Origin: a bacterium
GTDB lineage: Bacteria > Hinthialibacterota > Hinthialibacteria > Hinthialibacterales > Hinthialibacteraceae
Length of the DNA stretch: 41,201 nucleotides
NCBI GenBank assembly: GCA_963663405.2
Contig: CAXXSM010000007.1
Location: 1-41,201 of the forward strand
Reading direction: 5' to 3'
Part shown: positions 1-6,738 of the stretch, in pieces
Numbering within the stretch: the stretch's first letter is position 1
Layout of the letters: every line of letters starts with the position of its first letter
Program-made: the position numbers and the translations under genes
The notes under the pieces: generated by a model
The model's database searches: none
What the model was told of the DNA's origin: nothing
Seen by the model: the letters and a program-made list of their open reading frames with translations, nothing else

Positions 1-152
1 GGAGCCAAGTGGACTCGAGAAGGCGCCGAGGCGATCTTGAAACTACGGCGGTCAAGAAAAACAAGGATTGGAGAACCTTTTGGGACTACTATATTTCACA
101 AAACAAGAAGCAATTGTATAAGATTTCTCTTAACTGAAAAGTAGCCACACTC
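1..152 (+). mobile_element. 3' end of an ISKra4-family element (transposase C-terminus, frameshifted, plus right terminus)
   Basis: Frame 1 reads GAKWTREGAEAILKLR, then after a frameshift KNKDWRTFWDYY...; this matches the ISKra4 C-terminal G(A/M)RW...GAEA.L.LR...(D)W..FW pattern. The stop is followed by AAAAGTAGCCACACTC, resembling ISKra4-type ends. Confidence 0.7.
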
Positions 153-377
153 TTATTAAATGAACTAATAAGCGCCCAAAATACAATAATGCAGAAAGGA
201 TTACGAAAACGGCTAAAACGAAAAGAAACTTAATAAGTGAACCTCCGCCTCTTTTTCGCCTGTATTTGTGGAGTCGATTTCTCGTTTCATCTGCGTTCTC
301 AATTTAGTATAGTAATTTTCTTTATTTATCTCACAATTCCTCTCACTTTTCAATATCCGCTAACGGCAAATCTAAGG

Positions 378-513
378 AAAAAAAAGACGGCGCATGGCGA
401 TGTTTTTTCAATGTTGTAGTATAGAAGGGAGAACCTTCACACACGCCGCCAACAATGAGAAAAAATGAGTTAATAGAGTTAATTTTAATACGCCAACCGA
501 TCGTTTACAGGGG
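378..513 (-). ncRNA. putative small RNA cassette, copy A (promoter-like box, hairpin, U8 terminator)
   Basis: Minus strand: CTGTAA-N17-TAAAAT (510-482), 11-bp stem GGCGGCGUGUG/CAUGCGCCGUC (450-440/396-386, three G-U pairs), U8 (385-378). Same architecture as 3528-3769. Confidence 0.5.
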
Positions 514-858
514 TATAGCAACGCAAAGGAATTTATAAATGGCGCCGTATGTAACAGCGGCCGTTTATCCCTCGAAGTTTTCTTTTACCGTTCAATCATC
601 ACAGGCAAAAGAGAAGGGATTGCGAACACTTATTCCTGGAGAGAAAGCGATTTAGTCTTTTAAGTTATGACGACTATCGCGCTGACCGTTCGTTCGTACC
701 GAGAAGGAAAGATGTTTTATTATGATGCCGAGAAAAAATCCCTGTGACATTGTGATCTCGTGACCTAGGATCTTTGGTTGTGAACGGAAAAGACCAGGTT
801 AGAATGACAAGACTCAATTGGAAGAAATAACATCACAGTAGATAGTAACGATTTGGAT

Positions 859-1194
859 TTAGAAGCGATCGATTTCGTGTAATTCAAAAATATCAAGATG
901 GCTATTACTTTTTGGCGTACAAATAAACTTGCAAAACATGTTCATATAAGACGACGTGCTTGAACGAATTATCTTTGAAATCGTTTTGTATCCTATCAAA
1001 CCTCCCACCATTGTTCCTGATATAGACGCGTCAGTAGACTCATAATTCTTACTATATTGTAATTTTACTTTAATCCCCATTTGTGTGAATTCACGTATGA
1101 TATCAGATTTGATCGCCTCTACCCATCGACTATACGAATCAAAAATAGTCTGATAGCCCTTTATTTCTTCCTGAGAAATCGTGTCTTGAAACAT
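859..1194 (-). CDS. hypothetical protein (possibly the C-terminal part of a split gene with 1281-1514)
   Basis: 111-aa ORF, no recognisable motif. Confidence 0.4.
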   Translation of the reverse strand: MFQDTISQEEIKGYQTIFDSYSRWVEAIKSDIIREFTQMGIKVKLQYSKNYESTDASISGTMVGGLIGYKTISKIIRSSTSSYMNMFCKFICTPKSNSHLDIFELHEIDRF

Positions 1195-1280
1195 ATTTAC
1201 GGCTTGAAATTTGAATGATTCTATTTCTAGTTTCTTTATTCTCCATTTTTCAAGGAATGATTTTGCTTGAGACCAATCAG

Positions 1281-1514
1281 TTAATATGGCTGAATGTGAG
1301 AACTCAAACTGTCTTTTGAATCAGAGAAATTAATTAAATCTATTTCGTTTTTATTTCGACTAAAGAAAGAAGACACAAAAAAGGACAGTAAAACAAGAGC
1401 GATAACTAGTGCGATTATGATCCGTTTATTATTTACAATGCACTGGAACATTTTATCAATTATTGGAAACAGTATTGATTTTTCCTTATTCTTTTCACTA
1501 TCGGTTTTATGCAT
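1281..1514 (-). CDS. hypothetical single-pass membrane protein
   Basis: AAAGGGAG RBS upstream; hydrophobic stretch IIIALVIALVLLSFFVSSFFS preceded by basic residues. Confidence 0.5.
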   Translation of the reverse strand: MHKTDSEKNKEKSILFPIIDKMFQCIVNNKRIIIALVIALVLLSFFVSSFFSRNKNEIDLINFSDSKDSLSSHIQPY

Positions 1515-1769
1515 ATATTATTACTCCCTTTCATTTGCGTAAAAATAGAAAATTCTTTAATGTAACTTGTGAATTTCATTGGTATCCTCCTATCGAATCG
1601 TAGATGTGAAGATACTCCAAATATCTAGGCTTGTGTGTCCTATCAACGAACTGGATGAATTTTCAAAAAATATTTGAGTAATCAGATTTCTGCATATACA
1701 ATTTTATGAAATGTGTGATGCAAAATTTAAAAACACTTGGGATTCTCAATAAGAAAACCGACTAAAAAT

Positions 1770-3042
1770 CTACTGTGTAGCCATACTCTTTTTGACCTCG
1801 GTGGGATGCCGATTAAACACTTCTTCTGTGATCTGTACAGTTGTCTTATTTATGGGAACATTTTGTATGATCTCAAGAATTTCTTGGTTGATGTCTTCAA
1901 ATGAGAATTCGGTTCTCGCTAAGAGAAGGCCGGTTTGACCCAATCTTCGCGCATACTCTGGATGTTTTAATAGGAGATTGATCGCATCAGCTAAGGCGAA
2001 AGGATCATTTGGGCGAACTAAAATACCTGTCTCATCGTCTTTTACGACTTCAGGAATCCCGCCACAATTCGATGCGATTACCGGGATTCCACACGAGGAC
2101 GCCTCGCAGGCGAATCGGCCCATAGTCTCATAATCTATTCCATACTTTAACGGATCATAAATGTTACGGCTGGGCATAAGCCCGATGTCTGAGGCTGATA
2201 GATAGAGCGGTAATTGATCGTGAGCGACTGGCCCAACAAATCTGACTCGATCAGAAACACCATAAGAGTAACACAAAGACCGCAATTGTTTGGTTTGAGG
2301 GCCGTGGCCGGCAATCACCAGTCGTAAATGCGGATTGTCGATCATTGATATCGCCTCTATGGCGACATCAATTCCCTTTTTTAGAACATGACGAGCTGCG
2401 ATAAATGCGATCGTAGAGTCTAAATCCCAACCCAATTGAACGCGAGCGTGGTGTTTCGATTCAGGTTGAAAACGGTTTGTATCCACACCACCGCGAATGA
2501 CTTGCAGTCTTTCAAATCCCTGTTTTGCTAGCTGACGCCGTGTCCATTCACTATTTGCACAGGATCGCTTGACATTGAGCGCCCTGCTCTTTTCGCCCAG
2601 ACCTTGTTCTCATGAATCCGCTGTTGCCTGACGTCGAATTGAAAGTGAATTCATCACCTGCCATGAAATATTAAATGGCCCTTCCCAAGGACGCAGGATA
2701 TCGTTTCCTGCGCTGCGACAGACGACTGGCGCAATTCCATCAAACGCCGGAGCCATTGCTGCCTGTGTTGTGAACACGGCCTGTGGGCTAAGTTTATGCG
2801 CAAGTCTTCTTAGCATTTGCATCCTGGCTTTAAAATCGTGATGGGGAAGAATACGCATGATCTCGATGCCAGAAGAGGAATCATAGTCCTCTGGTTTCTT
2901 TGACACTTTTAGAGTAATTATTCATGTTTGATAATACGTAATAAGGAATTTGACGGCGTTTTAAATACTTTGCAAATTCCATAGCCTGCACCTGGATTCC
3001 ACCGATCGCCGGAGGAAACTGAGGAAATACAAGTAGAATCAT
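1770..3042 (-). pseudogene. glycosyltransferase family 4 (GT-B), broken by several indels
   Basis: ATG at 3042 after AGGAGG reads MILLVFPQFPPAIGGIQ; middle piece ...CRSAGNDI...; then ANSEWTR...GGVDTNRFQP, KGID, and ETMGRFACEASSCGIPVIASNCGGIPEVV (GT4 EX7E motif). Pieces lie in different frames or contain a stop at 2610. Confidence 0.85.
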
Positions 3043-3058
3043 TTGACGTTCCTCCTTT

Positions 3059-3382
3059 CTACGAATCCTGACAATCCCAATCTATCTCTACACCGGATAA
3101 AGGCTCATCATCCTTAGTTGCTTCCCACTGATTTCCAAGCAATATCAATTTTCCACATACCGGATCAAAAACATTTACCGCTGTATAATCGATATCATCC
3201 TCGTACTCCGAATAATCCCGGTAAGACGTATCTCCATCTGTTACCCAATCCTGGGTGGCGCCGGATTGATTCTTGTGACGCCGTTCTTCGACGGATTTGG
3301 GGCAATTATCACAATACGGTTCAGAGCATTCCCCGCAGGTCTCAATCTTCCAGCAGTAGTCACAATTACGCTTCTCGTTCAT
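3059..3382 (-). CDS. small Cys-rich/acidic hypothetical protein (possible Zn-binding)
   Basis: Three CxxC pairs (CDYC, CGEC, CDNC) at the N-terminus and an acidic C-terminus; ends just upstream of the GT4 RBS. Confidence 0.55.
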   Translation of the reverse strand: MNEKRNCDYCWKIETCGECSEPYCDNCPKSVEERRHKNQSGATQDWVTDGDTSYRDYSEYEDDIDYTAVNVFDPVCGKLILLGNQWEATKDDEPLSGVEIDWDCQDS

Positions 3383-3527
3383 CGGTTCAGCCCATTCTTT
3401 TTTCTGCTCTCTTCATTAGGAATAGATATGGGCTTTTCTGGATAATTCTGATTTTTTTTATTTGTTTGGGATTTTTTTTTGATGGTGATGCGGATCAAGA
3501 AAATGATTTCGATTGATTCTCAGACGG

Positions 3528-3651
3528 AAAAAAAAGCGGCGGCGCGCAGAAGGGAAGCGGTTGGGGTAGGCCTCTGCAACGCGCCACCACAGCAAAACGT
3601 GAATTACATACATACGTTATCACACTCGACAGGGATGTATAGGGTGGAATT
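3528..3651 (-). ncRNA. putative small RNA cassette, copy B
   Basis: Minus strand: TCCACCCTATAC-N17-TAACGT (3648-3614), stem GUGGUGGCGC(GUU)GCAGA/UCUGCGCGCCGCCGC (3590-3573/3550-3536), U8 (3535-3528). Confidence 0.6.
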
Positions 3652-3769
3652 AAAAAAAACGCGGCACGTAGATCCAAGGGATTAAAAATGGGATGTCCGC
3701 TACGCGCCGCCATGTGACAAAATTGGCTCTTATTTTATCACAGTTGACAGCCACGTATAGGGTGGATTA
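3652..3769 (-). ncRNA. putative small RNA cassette, copy C (tandem with copy B)
   Basis: Minus strand: TCCACCCTATAC-N17-TAAAAT (3766-3732), 11-bp stem GCGGCGCGUAG/CUACGUGCCGC (3710-3700/3671-3661), U8 (3659-3652). Confidence 0.6.
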
Positions 3770-4018
3770 TCTCTCTGCAGCGAGTTTTTGTCTTGGGGAT
3801 ATTGTATATACCTGTTTTGAAATGGTGGCGCTTTCAAGAAATTCTAAGTGGAGAAATGGAAGAGAATTTGGCTATGGCTGAAATTTGAATTGATTAGAAA
3901 TGTGGTAAGAGAGGAAAAATGACTCACTTTATTTGCAAATGATAATTAAATGTCGCCGCCTTGTTTTCCAATCAGAGTTTTTTAATTTTTATCGTTAAAA
4001 AGTAAAACAAGAAAAAAG

Positions 4019-4411
4019 TTAATTATTTGTTATTAACGCTCGTAATCTCTCCCACACTTCAGCATAAAACACGTATCCACTTTCATCCATACCAAGCAGT
4101 AGGCCAAGATCCTTTGAATCATAGACCAAAAATCCAAACTTGGCGATCATATCAGGATGGGAGCGAATAAAGTCTGCCAATTCATCATCGCGTGGATGAA
4201 ACATTGTTCTCCAATGCGCGGGCCAATGTAGCAGAATTTCTTGTTCAGATGGTGTATCCAGACGTATCAATTGTTCACTTCGCAAGTCATACATATTCTC
4301 TACAGTCTCTGTAGAGATAAAATCAAATTCTCGCGCAACCCAATTACCGATTGGCTCAGTAATTTGATAATGGCTGATACTTTCTCCACTTTTGTTTTTT
4401 TTCGCTTCCAT
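4019..4411 (-). CDS. hypothetical protein (mobile-element type)
   Basis: Start re-assigned to ATG 4411 (MEAKKN) after a strong AAGGAGGTG RBS; directly downstream of 4425-4820. Confidence 0.7.
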   Translation of the reverse strand: MEAKKNKSGESISHYQITEPIGNWVAREFDFISTETVENMYDLRSEQLIRLDTPSEQEILLHWPAHWRTMFHPRDDELADFIRSHPDMIAKFGFLVYDSKDLGLLLGMDESGYVFYAEVWERLRALITNN

Positions 4412-4424
4412 TGTTATCACCTCC

Positions 4425-4820
4425 TTATATTGTCTCCAGGTATTCTTCTCCCTGCATCTCAGCGTATATTGCCTCGTTTTCCAATCCAACAACCGAATTG
4501 GATCGGATCATTTTCGATTCAAGTTTTTCTTTCAAAAACTCATTAACCTGCGTGAGTACACAAAGCGCAAACTTTATTTCTCTTGGCCGAAATGAATGGC
4601 TTGTCCTCCAAAGCCCATCTTTCAAATAGCGCGCTCCGAACGAAATTTGATAAAACGATTCATGCTCATCATTTTTCCCAAGACGCTTTTTTTCAAATAT
4701 CGCCGCCCGAATATTATTCATATCGATCACTTTTACCGGCTTGTTCGATTGCAGGTTATTTATACAAACTTTTTGAAACCGCTCTATACTGGTTTGCTTT
4801 TCCGTGTTGGATTCATCCAT
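4425..4820 (-). CDS. small putative ssDNA-binding-like protein of plasmids/ICEs
   Basis: ATG 4820 after GAGGT. KPVKVI..NNIRAAIFEK...YQISFGARYLKDGLWRTSHSFRPREI matches the 'KPV...IKAAIW.N...V.F.R.YKDG..WK.S.SF...DL' family I recall from mobile elements; the fold assignment is inference. Confidence 0.55.
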   Translation of the reverse strand: MDESNTEKQTSIERFQKVCINNLQSNKPVKVIDMNNIRAAIFEKKRLGKNDEHESFYQISFGARYLKDGLWRTSHSFRPREIKFALCVLTQVNEFLKEKLESKMIRSNSVVGLENEAIYAEMQGEEYLETI

Positions 4821-5107
4821 GGTTTTTACCTCATTTTTTTTATATGGCCATACGGCCGATTCATATCCTCGCGTTGATGGAGGACACCCTGATCCCTCCA
4901 TCTCAGCGATCATTACTCATCAGTTTTTTTAGTTATGGAACAGGTAAAATAGAATCCGTAATTACCAATGAAGATCTCTAAAAAATATCGGATTTTGGAG
5001 GTAGGTACTCGTGTAATATTTTATTCAGGTGGTTGAAGGGCTGAGAAAGTGGATAAAAATTGGTGTACTTATCTATCCAATGAAAAGAGGATCAAGAAGT
5101 GCGGATA

Positions 5108-5201
5108 ATCCATAAGTGATTATTGTCATTTATTAGAATCTGATAACCTGAAGTAGAATCTCTTTTTTTTCTATCCCACTTATCAGAATCGGTTTATGGA
5201 T
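5108..5201. promoter_or_regulatory. nested inverted repeats, res-site-like
   Basis: ATCCATAA (5108-5115) / TTATGGAT (5194-5201) enclosing TCTGATAA (5139-5146) / TTATCAGA (5180-5187). Confidence 0.35.
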
Positions 5202-5257
5202 CGGTTAGTTTCCAGAGTTCATATAGGTACATATAGAGATTGATACGGTGTATTCAA

Positions 5258-5686
5258 TTATTTCCCAGTATACGTTCCACGGCCCACTTTCTCAATCGCT
5301 TTGTTTTTGACTTGTTTGTTCAGTTCTAGATACAGAACACGTCTTGGATCATTCGCTTTACTTTTGTATCCTTGCGCATTAAGCGCTTCCATAATTTCCT
5401 CAATTTTCATCGGTTTGGATCCTAACACCGCTATCAAGTGATCACCAAGTGATTTTTTCTTTCCCGAAGATCTTTCTTTTCCTCTTTTATCCTCAGGTTT
5501 TGGTTCACTCATTTTCGCTTTTGGCGCTGCCTTTCGTCCTCCAATCACTTGGGAAAGAGCATCCAAATGACTACGGGCTTCATCTAGGGCTGAGGTTTCA
5601 TTCTGCTGCGCTTTAGCTTTGACAAGATCAAGCAATTCGCTAAGAGAGTAATGTTGGAGAATTGTTGAAGCGTTCGGCTTTGCCAT
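5258..5686 (-). CDS. basic DNA-binding protein: N-terminal coiled coil, K-rich linker, C-terminal winged helix (H-NS/MvaT/Rok-like architecture)
   Basis: YSLSELLDLVKAK N-terminal helix, Lys-rich linker, and SLGDHLIAVLGSKPMKIEEIMEAL...GYKSKA...IEKVGRGTY winged-helix pattern. Confidence 0.6.
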   Translation of the reverse strand: MAKPNASTILQHYSLSELLDLVKAKAQQNETSALDEARSHLDALSQVIGGRKAAPKAKMSEPKPEDKRGKERSSGKKKSLGDHLIAVLGSKPMKIEEIMEALNAQGYKSKANDPRRVLYLELNKQVKNKAIEKVGRGTYTGK

Positions 5687-6043
5687 TGTTAAAACGACCT
5701 TTCTATTAATTGTAAAATTCTCTTGGGTAATACCAAGTATAATATATTGGCAATGTTTTGTCTATACTTTGCTAGCAAAATTATTTTATAACCTTATATA
5801 TTCTTCTATTCGAAATAGATTTTGAAGGGTATTCATTAATTGGATTTATACAAACATCTGGTCAACGATCATTATTTGATTTTGCTATAGCCTGACTGTC
5901 AATCGCACTTAATTGAGCAACCTACCTGACCATAATCTGATCCTCAAGAGCCGATTTCGAGTTGCTAGGACAACAAGACTATCACAAATCCAAAATATTC
6001 GTACAATGTGATAAATCCAGAATCGGATAGTAAAGGAGGCTTC

Positions 6044-6349
6044 GTGCAAAAGAAGGATATCATTCAACTCGTCGCAACAAGGATGCGTCAAATCGGGCAA
6101 CCGATTAAGATAAATCACATTAAGGTGATAGTGGAATGTGTCTTGGAAGTATTTATCGATCAGCTCAAGAAAAGTGGGCGAATAGAAATCCGTAATTTTG
6201 GTGTTTTCAATCTCAAGAAGACTCCATCTCGAATCGGGCGAAATCCTATCACTGGAGAAGAAGCCGAAATTAAGGCTCGATACTTCGTACAGTTCAAGGC
6301 CGGGAGAACAATGAAGAAATCTGTCGCTCAAAAGAAAACGCTTAAATGA
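6044..6349 (+). CDS. HU/IHF-family histone-like DNA-binding protein
   Basis: GTG 6044 after AAAGGAGG; GRIEIRNFGVF...RIGRNPITGEE..I.ARYFVQFKAG signature. Confidence 0.93.
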   Translation: MQKKDIIQLVATRMRQIGQPIKINHIKVIVECVLEVFIDQLKKSGRIEIRNFGVFNLKKTPSRIGRNPITGEEAEIKARYFVQFKAGRTMKKSVAQKKTLK

Positions 6350-6738
6350 ATTGGACGGGTGCAGCGAATCATGGGAAAGACAAAGAAACGCCTAATCATT
6401 CCGAAATATCCAATCCGGATTTCTTCATTTAGTATTCAGAAAGATCAAAAACTTCTTATTGCAATACCTCCAAAAAACGAGAATGAATCAAAATCCGAAT
6501 CAATGATATACAGATTCTTTGCGAAGATGTTGGCTTGGATATCCTTGATCTAATCTTATTATTTGCTAGGACTATACAAGAATTTTTAAATGATACTACA
6601 CTCTTATCCGCTATGGATGTTCCTGAAGATAAACCAATTTCTCCTCTGATCAATTCAGCTTAAATCTTCGAGATACTGAACTTCCCTATGCAAGGAATTG
6701 GACAATAATCAATAATAAATTGAAACGAAACCTTTTGA

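Noticed and set aside
3528-3769. CRISPR array or TIGR-like array
   Set aside because: Only two tandem units with diverged repeats, each with its own promoter-like box and terminator, and no cas or Nop-domain gene in the window; kept as an sRNA candidate instead.
3479-3881. Short ORFs 3479-3685, 3495-3713 and 3693-3881
   Set aside because: No RBS or protein motifs; they overlap the hairpin/terminator cassettes, which explain the sequence better.
3824-3960. Possible fourth RNA cassette (GGTGGCG...CGCCGCC)
   Set aside because: Arms are about 125 nt apart, only 7 bp, the wobble favours the plus strand, and there is no A8 tail or matching promoter box.
6359-6653. Two overlapping 64-65 aa ORFs after HU
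   Set aside because: No RBS or motif; cannot decide whether either is real.
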